A stretch of DNA of 64,000 bases from a virus. A model generated the notes under the pieces. It did not search any database. It saw only the letters and a program-made list of their open reading frames with translations, and had not been told where the DNA came from. Each line of letters starts with the position of its first letter. Positions within the stretch are counted from its first letter, which is position 1. Of this stretch, positions 1 to 9,179 are shown one piece after another. Where the stretch lies: IMG/VR virus record IMGVR_UViG_3300048918_000089, positions 18,457-82,456 of that record; one strand, written 5' to 3'. The translations under genes and the position numbers were made by a program.

Positions 1-700
1 GGCCACGTGCTGCAACAACGGCTTCTTCAAGAGAGGCGAGCCCAGCATCAATACCGTCATGTGCCTCACAGAGTTCTTCGGCAAGCTTATTGACGGCGGT
101 CGCGATGCCCTTCAGCCGCTTGTTCTTGATGGACGTCTGATAGTTCGCAGCACGATCCATGTGCTTCGCGAACCCGGACGTCTTTGCATTCTTCGCACTC
201 GCGCGAGCCGTGGTCGAAGCATGTGAGGCCGCATCAACGGCACCCGCGGCCTTCGTGACATACGACGCCAGTGTATCCTTCTTGAGTTCAGTGATAATCT
301 CAAGTGCCTCAGTCAGGTCCGCTTCTTCCTTGACCGTCTTGGGCTTCGACTGTGCAGCACCCATCGCATACACGGCTGCGGCACGCTCATGGTTGCGCGC
401 AACTGAGCGGTGTGTCTGTGCGTGCATGGCATGCAGTTCGGGATACCCAGCCTTAGCGTTTCCCTGCGATGCACCCACATGGGCGTTGGCCGCTTCATGG
501 TGCGCGTCAGCCGCAGCAAGGTGTGCCGCATGCTGGTCAGCATACGGGGCCGTTGATGGCGCCTGATCGGCCGTGCGCGAGGTGTTCACTGCCTTCTTGG
601 AAAGCGATTCAGCGGACTCGGTGGGAGTCGGTTCTGCTTTCTTCGCAGGTTCCTTCTTGGGCAGCGCGGCCTCAGTGAGTAGTTCGCTGAATCTCTTCAC
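1..700 (-). CDS. His/Ala-rich prohead core or internal head protein (partial, runs off the window), with a capsid-targeting-like N-terminus
   Basis: Not in the ORF track because it has no stop in the window. GTG at 700, open to position 1: MKRFSELLTEAALPKKEPAKK...HAAHLAAADAHHEAANAH...ELKKDTLASYVTKAAG. Lies downstream of the portal, in the gp67/gp68 region of T4-like phages. Confidence 0.6.
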   Translation of the reverse strand, partial: MKRFSELLTEAALPKKEPAKKAEPTPTESAESLSKKAVNTSRTADQAPSTAPYADQHAAHLAAADAHHEAANAHVGASQGNAKAGYPELHAMHAQTHRSVARNHERAAAVYAMGAAQSKPKTVKEEADLTEALEIITELKKDTLASYVTKAAGAVDAASHASTTARASAKNAKTSGFAKHMDRAANYQTSIKNKRLKGIATAVNKLAEELCEAHDGIDAGLASLEEAVVAARG

Positions 701-701
701 C

Positions 702-878
702 TTAATTCTCCGTTGTTTCTGTTGCGGGTGCAGAGAAGATCGACGCGGCCACATCGGCCTTCATACCGTCAATCACAGCCGACGCACGGTCGTCCATGAT
801 TTCGGAGAAGAGCGGGGTCGCTGCATCAGTGTTCCCTGCAAGGATGTTGTCTACGAGTGCTGTCAGTCTTTCGTCCAT
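702..878 (-). CDS. small acidic prohead core protein, gp67-like (58 aa)
   Basis: Hand-translated: MDERLTALVDNILAGNTDAATPLFSEIMDDRASAVIDGMKADVAASIFSAPATETTEN. Directly after the portal, preceded by a CTAAATA late-promoter-like motif. Confidence 0.6.
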   Translation of the reverse strand: MDERLTALVDNILAGNTDAATPLFSEIMDDRASAVIDGMKADVAASIFSAPATETTEN

Positions 879-880
879 AG

Positions 881-887
881 TATTTAG
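881..887 (-). promoter_or_regulatory. T4-type late promoter (CTAAATA) overlapping the portal stop codon
   Basis: Plus strand tatttag; resembles the gp55 consensus TATAAATA. Confidence 0.5.
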
Positions 888-2509
888 CCTTCTACAGGTT
901 GAGCGGGCTGGGGTCCCTTAGCCTTGGGTCCAGGAGCCTGCGGTGGTAGTTGTGGTGCATTCGGACCCGCGATGCCGCCTGGGAGTCCAGGGCCCATGCC
1001 CTGCAAGCCCAACATTGGGGGTGGCGGTTCCGAATCAATCTCCGATTGCATCTCTGCAATTTCTTCCTTTGTCAATTGCATGATGTTCTTCCAGATGTAC
1101 GCCTTGGAGACGAACTGACCCTGGAACTGTGCCGCAATCGTGAGCAGTTCAAAGCGAGCGCGGAGAATCTCCTGCTGCTTCGATTCCGTGTAGTACGCAT
1201 CCTCAGCATACTTGAACAGAATGAGCGGCTCGTTTTCAAGCCAATCCTGGTCAGTGAAAATACCCTTGAGGATGAGTTGCGTGCGGAGCAGGTCCAAGAA
1301 CAGGACCGAGAACCGTGTACGCAGCTTTCCTACGAACTTGGTGAACTTGAGTTCATCGCGGGTGATCTCCGCAGCACGACCGAAGTTCATGCCGCCTGCT
1401 TCCTTGAGGCGTGAGGACGGCACATTCAGCGACGTGTACAACAGGTCGCGGAAGTATTCAATGTCGCCCATCTCGCCGAGGTTCTGTGCACCCGGGAGCG
1501 TCTCAATCTGAGTACCCTTGCCGCCTTCACGACGCGGGAGCCAGAAGTCTTCCAACATGGACATGAACTTCTTGTCGTCACGCACTTCACCGGTCGTGGC
1601 GTCATACGTCATCTTGTTCCGGTACTTCATCATCGTGTCTTTCAGGAACTGATCTGCCTTGGCCTTCGGCAGATTGCCCACGTCGATGTAGAAGATCCTG
1701 CGCTCAGGCGCGCGAGCAAGACGATAGATGAGCGCCGCATTCTCGGCCATCCGCAACTGATTGGCAGGCTTGATCGCCTTGTTCAGATACGAGAGGACCA
1801 TGTTGCGCTCCTGATCCACAAGACCAGACGGCGCGTATGCGATGGCGTCGGGCATGATGTGAACGGGTGCGTTCGTTGCCGTCGGCTGAATCGCAGGCGT
1901 CCGCGTTGCGTAGGTGCCACGTTCATCATAGACGTAGAACTCACGCGTCCCCTTGATGATTTCGGTACCCGTAATCGGATCGCGATCCTTGATGATTTCG
2001 CGTACCTTCCGAATCTTGCGACCGTCGATGTAGCGAATGTCCTTGATGCCGTCCTTCAGTGCCTTCGTGTCGATCACCTTATGGAAGTGCAGGCGACCGT
2101 CGATGTACCAACGACGGAAGTAATCATGACCCCGAATACGGAAGCGCATGATCTTGAGGATGTTCTTGAACTCCTCATCAACCTTCTTCTTGATGGACTC
2201 AGAGAGTTCGGTCTGCTCAAGGTCAATCTTGACAGGCTCCTCGTTCTCCAGTGCAGCAATGGCCTCGTTGACGATATCCTCAATCGCCGAGTCCACATCA
2301 GGCATCATTGCAATGTCGCGATACCGCTTGATCTGCTCCTGATCGGAGCGCGCAGCACCATCGAGGTCTAGGTACGTGCCGTAGTATCCTGCATAGCCCG
2401 TACCCGGAACGGCAATGTCAATTGTACCATCGTCGGTAGGCGGTACAATCGAGGGTTCCGATTGTACCGGCTTCCGAGAGACTTTCAGATTGTAGCCGAA
2501 AATGTCCAT
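884..2509 (-). CDS. gp20: portal vertex protein
   Basis: Typical T4 gp20 motifs: YLNKAIKPANQLRMAENAALIYRLARAPERRIFYIDVGNLPK; MLEDFWLPRREGGKGTQIETLPG; ITRDELKFTKFV. Pro-rich C-terminal tail. Confidence 0.97.
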   Translation of the reverse strand: MDIFGYNLKVSRKPVQSEPSIVPPTDDGTIDIAVPGTGYAGYYGTYLDLDGAARSDQEQIKRYRDIAMMPDVDSAIEDIVNEAIAALENEEPVKIDLEQTELSESIKKKVDEEFKNILKIMRFRIRGHDYFRRWYIDGRLHFHKVIDTKALKDGIKDIRYIDGRKIRKVREIIKDRDPITGTEIIKGTREFYVYDERGTYATRTPAIQPTATNAPVHIMPDAIAYAPSGLVDQERNMVLSYLNKAIKPANQLRMAENAALIYRLARAPERRIFYIDVGNLPKAKADQFLKDTMMKYRNKMTYDATTGEVRDDKKFMSMLEDFWLPRREGGKGTQIETLPGAQNLGEMGDIEYFRDLLYTSLNVPSSRLKEAGGMNFGRAAEITRDELKFTKFVGKLRTRFSVLFLDLLRTQLILKGIFTDQDWLENEPLILFKYAEDAYYTESKQQEILRARFELLTIAAQFQGQFVSKAYIWKNIMQLTKEEIAEMQSEIDSEPPPPMLGLQGMGPGLPGGIAGPNAPQLPPQAPGPKAKGPQPAQPVEG

Positions 2510-2512
2510 GAT

Positions 2513-2722
2513 CTATTCCTTCTTCTCAGGTGGCTTGGGCGGCCAGGGTTGCGGGTGCTTCGTGCTCTTGCACGGTGTCGTGATGTTACCATCACGATCC
2601 GCAATGCGCCAGAGACACTTTGAATGACTGCAATAGTGCTCTGGGTGTTCCGCCTTTTTCTTTGCAACAGACGCAGCGACCGAGCCGTAGGATTCAGTCA
2701 GAAACTCACTGAAGGACAGCAT
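2513..2722 (-). CDS. small basic protein with a capsid-targeting-like N-terminus (putative internal head protein)
   Basis: Starts MLSFSEFLTE; Cys/His cluster HYCSHSKC...PCKSTKH; lies between gp19 and gp20. Confidence 0.55.
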   Translation of the reverse strand: MLSFSEFLTESYGSVAASVAKKKAEHPEHYCSHSKCLWRIADRDGNITTPCKSTKHPQPWPPKPPEKKE

Positions 2723-2747
2723 GTGTTATCCTTACGCTAGGGTGAGA

Positions 2748-3263
2748 CTACTGCGGCTTCGCTTCGAACCACTGGTACTGTAGCGTCACCTGGAACTCAG
2801 AAATTACGTCATTCTGGGCATACGCCAACGCGATTTCAGACACGTTCACTGGGAACGCATCCTTGATCTGATAGGACCGAATGACTGCATCGTTGCGGTC
2901 AAGCTGGTCAACCTGAAGATCAGCCATGTACAGCGCAGGCGTAATCTCGCCGCCGTTGTTCAGACGGTTGTTCATGAGGTCAGACCAACGCTCAAAGAGC
3001 GTGCGGAGACGCATCGACGTATCGTTGGCAATCGTAATCACCCACGGATCGAATGTGCGCTCACCCGCAAACTTCACCTCACGACCGCGGTACTGAATGA
3101 TCGTGGCGTTGACGTTCGATGCAGGAATCGACGCCGCTGTGACCAGGAGTGAATCCTGGCCAGCGGACGCGCCGACTGCTGTAGGGAACGTGAGTGTGAC
3201 GAGGAACTGGTTCGGACGAGCACCACCAGCACCCAAGCGAGACTTAAATTCGTTGATATCCAC
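2748..3263 (-). CDS. gp19: tail tube protein
   Basis: GGARPNQFLV, YRGREVKFAGERTFDPWVITIAND, LDRND...FPVNVSEIAL...FQVTLQYQWF. Confidence 0.95.
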   Translation of the reverse strand: MDINEFKSRLGAGGARPNQFLVTLTFPTAVGASAGQDSLLVTAASIPASNVNATIIQYRGREVKFAGERTFDPWVITIANDTSMRLRTLFERWSDLMNNRLNNGGEITPALYMADLQVDQLDRNDAVIRSYQIKDAFPVNVSEIALAYAQNDVISEFQVTLQYQWFEAKPQ

Positions 3264-3283
3264 TATGTTCTCCTAGGGTTTGA

Positions 3284-5167
3284 TTAGCCGCCGATGATTT
3301 CTTCAAAGCTGACCGACGAGCGGACTGCGATGAAGTTGAGCGTAATGCCGTTGATCGAACGGTTCGGCTTCACGTAAATGTCCGCCACAAACTCAGCGCG
3401 GTCAACCACGCTTCCCGTGTTGTTCGTGCTATCGCACACAACCTCGAAATCAGTGACACCACGACGCCCCTTGATATCCCGAAGGAAAGGTTCGACCATG
3501 TTGCGGAACTGCGCGCGAGTGAAGGTGTCGTTGAACTCAAACAACTGATACTTAGCTGCGACAGCAATCGCCTTCTCAAGGACGATGAACAGACGACGCA
3601 CGTTGATGAAGCCAAACGCCGACGGCTTCGTGAGCATCGTCTTGTCGCCGTAGAGGACAGTGCCTTCACCCGGGAATGAAGCAACCGGATTGACGCCCGC
3701 CTTGTACAGTTCGTCGCGATAGGCCTTCTTCGGGTTCCATGCGAGCTTCACCACGTTCTTGACGACGCCGCGGTTAAAGCCTGCTGGTGACCACCACGCA
3801 TCGTTGGTCAGTTCAGTACGAGCAGTCAGACCCGCCATGTCCGCGTTCAGCGGAACCCAGCGAAGTGTGTCGTTGTACTTGTCGTACTGCTGCTTCCAAC
3901 CTGAGTCCATGAAGCCGTACGATGAATTGACCGAGAAAGCATCGAGGTCGGCGAGAACCGATTCCGACTCGTTGCCGATGTTGTTCAGCACAGACGACAG
4001 CAACGGTGAAACGAAACCGATGCAATCCTTGCGTGCTTCTGCAATCTGGATGATGTACTGACCGACCGTCGCCGAAGCGGGACCCTGGAAGAGCAACGAA
4101 ACGTCAATCGTCTCTGGGTCGCTGAGGAGGTCGAGGCCAAGCATGATTGACGCATCCGAAGGAGCCAGATCATCAACACCGCCCGAGAGCGTGGTGACGA
4201 GTGGAGACGGTAGCGAATCATATGCGGCACCCGATGCGGACGCGAGTGTACCCCAGTCCGTACCTACTGACGGATGACCCATCCACCAGATGTAGCGCGA
4301 GCCACGAAGCACATTCTTGTAGTAGTTGGTCGAGCCCTGCTCGGTCTTGGCATCAGATGCCTTCGACACGAATGCAAACTTCTCAAGGATCGTACCAGCA
4401 GTACCCGTCCATGCACCCGTCTTGTCAAGGACAATGATGTGCATTTCATCAAGCGAGCCACCCGCGCGCGCAACGGATGCGGACGTAGTTGGCTGTGAAT
4501 CGAACTGTGCGGCGTACGCCCACTTCGACTTGATCGTAGAACCGACAAGCGTGATCCGTGCGTTTGCAGCAAGCGTGAGCAAGTTGTCCGATGCAATGGA
4601 CGCAACGACACCGACCACAGCGTTCGCTGAGTTCAGGATGACTGCACCGACGTGCGTCTCAGTCAAGAATGCTGTGCCTGTACCCGAGACAGTCTTGGAA
4701 GACGTGTTTGCTGCTACGGTACCCGTCAAGGTAATGAGCCACGACACGCCGTCAGCGACCGACACCTGTAGCGAGTTGCCTAGGGTACCGGCCCACTTCG
4801 CAGCGACGTGTCCGACTGATGCTGCACCGGTCGAGAAGTTGTTGTCCCAGTCATCAAGGTTCTTGATGAGGATTGCAGTACCTGATGCAACTGCGTTCTT
4901 CGCAGCCGCGCCGACGACGCGCACCAGCTTGAGCTGATTCGCATATGACAGATAGTTGGCAGCCGACAACCATGACGCGGCAATAGCCGTCACAGGACGT
5001 CCAAACTCGCTAACTAGCTGAGCCTCGTCAGTAACGGTCTGCACATCCATGACGGGACCCCAGACGAACGGTCCGACGTAGCCACCCGTTGTTGCGGCGA
5101 CTGCGGGAACGATGTTGGTTAGGTCCTGTTCATTGATCTGCACACCTGGGGATACTTGGAAAGCCAT
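3284..5167 (-). CDS. gp18: contractile tail sheath protein
   Basis: MAFQVSPGVQINEQDLT; WWSPAGFNRG; RDELYKAGVNPV; INVRRLFIVLEKAI; FEFNDTFTR. Confidence 0.97.
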   Translation of the reverse strand: MAFQVSPGVQINEQDLTNIVPAVAATTGGYVGPFVWGPVMDVQTVTDEAQLVSEFGRPVTAIAASWLSAANYLSYANQLKLVRVVGAAAKNAVASGTAILIKNLDDWDNNFSTGAASVGHVAAKWAGTLGNSLQVSVADGVSWLITLTGTVAANTSSKTVSGTGTAFLTETHVGAVILNSANAVVGVVASIASDNLLTLAANARITLVGSTIKSKWAYAAQFDSQPTTSASVARAGGSLDEMHIIVLDKTGAWTGTAGTILEKFAFVSKASDAKTEQGSTNYYKNVLRGSRYIWWMGHPSVGTDWGTLASASGAAYDSLPSPLVTTLSGGVDDLAPSDASIMLGLDLLSDPETIDVSLLFQGPASATVGQYIIQIAEARKDCIGFVSPLLSSVLNNIGNESESVLADLDAFSVNSSYGFMDSGWKQQYDKYNDTLRWVPLNADMAGLTARTELTNDAWWSPAGFNRGVVKNVVKLAWNPKKAYRDELYKAGVNPVASFPGEGTVLYGDKTMLTKPSAFGFINVRRLFIVLEKAIAVAAKYQLFEFNDTFTRAQFRNMVEPFLRDIKGRRGVTDFEVVCDSTNNTGSVVDRAEFVADIYVKPNRSINGITLNFIAVRSSVSFEEIIGG

Positions 5168-5231
5168 TGGTGATCTCCTATGTGTGATTCAATTCAACTG
5201 CACGGTCGTTAATTTGGACTGAGCGTGCAAC

Positions 5232-5239
5232 TATTTATC
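5232..5239 (-). promoter_or_regulatory. T4-type late promoter (GATAAATA) upstream of gp18
   Basis: Plus strand tatttatc in the gp17-gp18 intergenic region. Confidence 0.65.
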
Positions 5240-5251
5240 GTTTTCGGAGCT

Positions 5252-6952
5252 TCACCAATAACCTTCCACTGTCTTGTCGATGTTCCAGATATCACCATCC
5301 TCAACGAACGACTCCTCAGGATCACCTCGATCAATGATACCGAATGGCGTCATTTCATCCTCAATTTGCTGCATTTGATTTTCAAAGATCCGCGTCCGCA
5401 TATCGACATTGGTCAGTTCCTTGAAGAACTGATTGGTCGTGAGCCACCCAAACAGGACCAGGGTCATGGCCATGTCGTCGTGATAACCTTCATCAGCCTG
5501 ATAGGATCCATTCTTCTCAACGAACGTCGAGAACTCCATGATCGTAACCGCGTCAGGGATTTGGATCTTGAACTCCTCAACCAGTGTCTTGATAGCAAAG
5601 CATCCCTGACGCTTCACCGTCTTGGTTGTACGAACGCCCAGATCGGACGACTTGGCGAAGCCCCCTGAGATATAGGTCTGCTTCTTTTCCTGACCCGTCG
5701 CAAAGACGTTCTCGTACTCAAGATCCGAATAGAGGATGTTTGCCGTCTGTGCGCCAATGTCGTTTGACTCAACAAGAACCCAGGCATTGTTGTAGTCCTT
5801 AGCGAGGCGCCAGATGACATTCGGAAAGAGCAGGGGTGAGATTGAGTTGGAGCGGTACCTCGCGACCATCTTGTACGGAACTTCCGTTACGTCGATAACC
5901 GAGACAGCCGAATAGTCGCCTCCCACACCACGGGATGTGTCCACAATGATCGTGTAGATCCGATCTAGCATGGGCTGTTCGTACACGGCCAAGTATCCAT
6001 CCTCATCGGCAAAGATAGGCTCGGTCGAGGACATTTGCCCGAGCGCACGACCCGAGATAAGCGTGTACGATGATCCCAAGAATTGGCACAGCACTTCCTG
6101 ATTGAACTTGACTTCCTGGAGCGACTTCAGTTGCTCCTCAGCCCACTTCTCGTCACGGTTGGGAATCTCCCAGTAGTGAATCTGAATAGGCACAAAGCCG
6201 TTCTTATTCTCTCCTCCATTCCCACCCGCTTCATTCCAGAACTTCCAGAAGTGATTGTAGCCCAGTGGAGTGGACGTAATGAGCATCTTCGTGGTCTCAC
6301 CCGAGGAGATCGTCGGGATGACAGACGCGAAGAACGCTTCAGCGACGTTGTTCGGGATGATGGCAGCCTCGTCAACGTAGAGCCAATTGACAGACTTGCC
6401 TCGAATACCGGAAGAGGTCGTCGCCGCAGTGAAGACCTTCGATCCATTCTCTAGCTTAATGTCGCCCTTGTTCCAGGTGACGATACCCTGCTGGAGCCAG
6501 ATGGGGAGCATCTCATACATGAGTTGCAGACGATCCATGACTTCGCGCGCCGAGTCGCCCTTGTTCGCGAGGATGGCGACAGACTTTCGATCTTGGAACA
6601 GTACGTAATGGAGAATGCAGGCAGCGGCCGTAATCGACTTGCCGTTCTGTCGCGGCTCCATGATGATAACCTTTCGGTTACCGAGGATCGCGAGCACCTT
6701 CTTCTTCTGGCAGTCGTACAGCTTGAACTTGACGAGGCCACGATCAAGCGAGGTGATGTGGCAATAGTTCTCAATGAAGTAGATAGGATCCCGTTGGCAC
6801 CGTTCAATCTCACGGATCTGATCCGTCGTGAATTGGTGCTGGTATCCTACAGGCTTGAGATTCGGATTGCCCTTGAAGGACGATGATTCTTGATACTCGT
6901 CATCATCCCACGCCTCACGATATTCCGTTTCGACTAGTTCTGCTTCTACCAT
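5252..6952 (-). CDS. gp17: terminase large subunit
   Basis: Walker A-like PRQNGKS; Walker B LYVDEAA; ITSTPLGYNHF; RNase H-like nuclease IVDTSRGVGGDYS and HDDMAM. Confidence 0.97.
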   Translation of the reverse strand: MVEAELVETEYREAWDDDEYQESSSFKGNPNLKPVGYQHQFTTDQIREIERCQRDPIYFIENYCHITSLDRGLVKFKLYDCQKKKVLAILGNRKVIIMEPRQNGKSITAAACILHYVLFQDRKSVAILANKGDSAREVMDRLQLMYEMLPIWLQQGIVTWNKGDIKLENGSKVFTAATTSSGIRGKSVNWLYVDEAAIIPNNVAEAFFASVIPTISSGETTKMLITSTPLGYNHFWKFWNEAGGNGGENKNGFVPIQIHYWEIPNRDEKWAEEQLKSLQEVKFNQEVLCQFLGSSYTLISGRALGQMSSTEPIFADEDGYLAVYEQPMLDRIYTIIVDTSRGVGGDYSAVSVIDVTEVPYKMVARYRSNSISPLLFPNVIWRLAKDYNNAWVLVESNDIGAQTANILYSDLEYENVFATGQEKKQTYISGGFAKSSDLGVRTTKTVKRQGCFAIKTLVEEFKIQIPDAVTIMEFSTFVEKNGSYQADEGYHDDMAMTLVLFGWLTTNQFFKELTNVDMRTRIFENQMQQIEDEMTPFGIIDRGDPEESFVEDGDIWNIDKTVEGYW

Positions 6953-6955
6953 AAC

Positions 6956-7348
6956 CTATTTCCTATGTACGTCTTTGACACAACTGACGCAAATAATCCC
7001 GGGCTGTCCCCACGTGCCCCAACCACCCAATGATCTGGAAGACGCCATACATCTTGCGCAGGTGTGCAGTGGTTGCGGTGATGGATTGTCTTCGTTGGGC
7101 CAATCGAGAAGTCTCGGAGTTGGATGCCAAGCACAGGCTGTTCCATCCTCACGAAGGTATGAATCAGGATGACCAATTGAAGGCGAGACCTGCCCTTCGG
7201 GGGAAATCGTGTGATGCACAAGACATAGTGGACGTTCGCATTCGGGACAGAATACAACTGCCGACCAACGAGGATGATCGCCATTTGCATCAAGGAGAAT
7301 CAATCTCCATGTCCCCGGCCCCGTGCCACGAGGAATAGTATCAGACAT
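6956..7348 (-). CDS. Cys/His-rich putative Zn-binding hypothetical protein between the terminase subunits
   Basis: CPEC...HHTISPEGQVSPSIGH...CAWH and CARC...CVSC; its start overlaps the gp16 stop (TAATG). Confidence 0.65.
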   Translation of the reverse strand: MSDTIPRGTGPGTWRLILLDANGDHPRWSAVVFCPECERPLCLVHHTISPEGQVSPSIGHPDSYLREDGTACAWHPTPRLLDWPNEDNPSPQPLHTCARCMASSRSLGGWGTWGQPGIICVSCVKDVHRK

Positions 7349-7824
7349 TACTCAACAACCTCTGCGAATGCCTCGGGGATCTGTTCCCGATTCTTTCGCA
7401 TAGCCTCAAACAGTTCGCGCGTCGTTCCCGCGAACACGACGTTGGTCGTATTGTTGTGCTGGTTGATGACACCCTTATTCTTCTCGGGTGTAGGTCCCTC
7501 GCGGAGTTCCTTGGCCTGCTTCTGCAGGACAAGAAGATCCTTGGCGAGTTCCGAAACCGTCTTGACAAGCTGACCTGTCACTTCAAACGCGCGAGGATGA
7601 TCCGACTGCTTCGCAATCGCGAGCATGGTATCGACCGCGTCAAGTCCCTTGTCGATCAATTCGTGGATCGTATCTCGGGCACGCTCTGCATCCTGCTGGA
7701 TGGGGTCTTCAGGTTCGACGGACACGTGGACGATCGGTGCTTCCTCCTGCACGGCAAGCGCCATCGGCTCAGACGGCGCTTCAGGTAGATCAAACTTCGC
7801 GTCCAACTTCTCAAACGTCCCCAT
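7348..7824 (-). CDS. gp16: terminase small subunit
   Basis: ARDTIHELIDKG...SDHPRAFEVTGQLVKTVSE...NVVFAGTTREL; lies between gp15 and gp17. Confidence 0.9.
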   Translation of the reverse strand: MGTFEKLDAKFDLPEAPSEPMALAVQEEAPIVHVSVEPEDPIQQDAERARDTIHELIDKGLDAVDTMLAIAKQSDHPRAFEVTGQLVKTVSELAKDLLVLQKQAKELREGPTPEKNKGVINQHNNTTNVVFAGTTRELFEAMRKNREQIPEAFAEVVE

Positions 7825-9179
7825 TAGGGCTCCATGATTCTAAGACCAGTAAGCTGCACAGGTGTGTCAGTTGAATTGGGCTGCCAGATGCCGAATGCCT
7901 GTGCTGTCGCCTCTCCGTGTCGTGTTTCATTCACGGAGCACACAATCACACCGTTGAGCCATGCATCAATTTGCGTACCCACCGTAATGACGCGGAGCAC
8001 CGATCCATCGTGTGGTGCCACTGTCACATTACTTAGAACGCTGTCACCATTGATCGAATCGAATACATGGACACTCAGACTATAGCCTGTTGGGCTCGCC
8101 GTATCAACATGGAGACGCACTTCGATGGAGTTATTGGCATCGACATATCGAGGCGCCAAGAATGTATGGGCATCAGTGCCGCCCGTAGGTGCAATGCCCG
8201 TGGGCAATGTGGCCACAGTGACTTCCATATCTGTATCAACACGGCCCGTAACAATCTTCGCTTCAGTCAGGGGCAGCGTGATATCCTCACCCGTTGCACC
8301 TTCTGTGGTACCCATCATGGCATTACTTACATTCACAAACATGTGCCCACCCTGCTGCGCGAGTCCGAGGGATGCATCAGACCGCACTAGCGAATCAAAC
8401 AGAATCAGATTCGTCAGGTCACCCGAGCCACCCAAGAACTCCTGCAAGAAGTCGAATCTATCCGTGTACTCTGCACTGAGCGGGATAGGTGTCGTGCGGA
8501 TCGTCTCGTGGAACGTATCCGATGTAACGTCACCAATCGAATCGGCGTAGATGTTCTGAATGACCTTCTTGATCCGCGCTGCATTCGCAACAGGGCCCCA
8601 GAGGTTGATCTTCATGGTGAACATGAGATCCCAGAGCATGATGGTCTTCTCGCCGAATGATCCCTCGTAGTCCTCAGAATAGGCCGTGTCATCAAGGATC
8701 AACTGCCAGTCGCGAGTGATGCCTAGCTCGGGCAGTTCCTTCATTGAGACGGAGAAATCAGGACAGAAGTACGGAAGGATCTGCTCAACAATCTGTAGCC
8801 CGTCATCCTGATTGCGGGCCATGATCGAAAGTGAGAATCCGATATTGTACGGGGTTGACACGTACGCCGTCTGATTGCCTCGTGCAATCTGGCGCAACTG
8901 TGTCAGCTTTCGCTCGGCGTCATATTTGACCGACGTGATTTCAAACCCCATGCGCGGCAGTGTGATTTCAACCCGCGCGCGACCCTCTGTGAGCGTCGGC
9001 GCTTCCCGGGCACGCGCGATCCATTTCTGCTTAGGCCCATACCCAATAGGAACCGCAATGGACTGCGACCGCTGATCCGTTACCGACTCACGATACACCT
9101 GAATCGAATTGAAGATGGTTCCGAAAGCAGTGACGGCCTTCTTGAATCCTTCGTGGTAGAAGTAGATGTTCTTGAACAT
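7824..9179 (-). CDS. gp15: tail sheath stabilizer/completion protein with a long C-terminal extension
   Basis: YFYHEGFKKAVTAFGTIFN, VPIGYGPKQKW, ITLPRMGFEI, QIVEQILPYF. An extra beta-rich C-terminal domain follows the gp15 core. Confidence 0.9.
   Translation of the reverse strand: MFKNIYFYHEGFKKAVTAFGTIFNSIQVYRESVTDQRSQSIAVPIGYGPKQKWIARAREAPTLTEGRARVEITLPRMGFEITSVKYDAERKLTQLRQIARGNQTAYVSTPYNIGFSLSIMARNQDDGLQIVEQILPYFCPDFSVSMKELPELGITRDWQLILDDTAYSEDYEGSFGEKTIMLWDLMFTMKINLWGPVANAARIKKVIQNIYADSIGDVTSDTFHETIRTTPIPLSAEYTDRFDFLQEFLGGSGDLTNLILFDSLVRSDASLGLAQQGGHMFVNVSNAMMGTTEGATGEDITLPLTEAKIVTGRVDTDMEVTVATLPTGIAPTGGTDAHTFLAPRYVDANNSIEVRLHVDTASPTGYSLSVHVFDSINGDSVLSNVTVAPHDGSVLRVITVGTQIDAWLNGVIVCSVNETRHGEATAQAFGIWQPNSTDTPVQLTGLRIMEP

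Noticed and set aside
5252-6952. Intein or intron in the terminase (portal, gp32 and ligase also checked)
   Set aside because: Lengths and motif spacing are normal, and no splicing motifs were seen.
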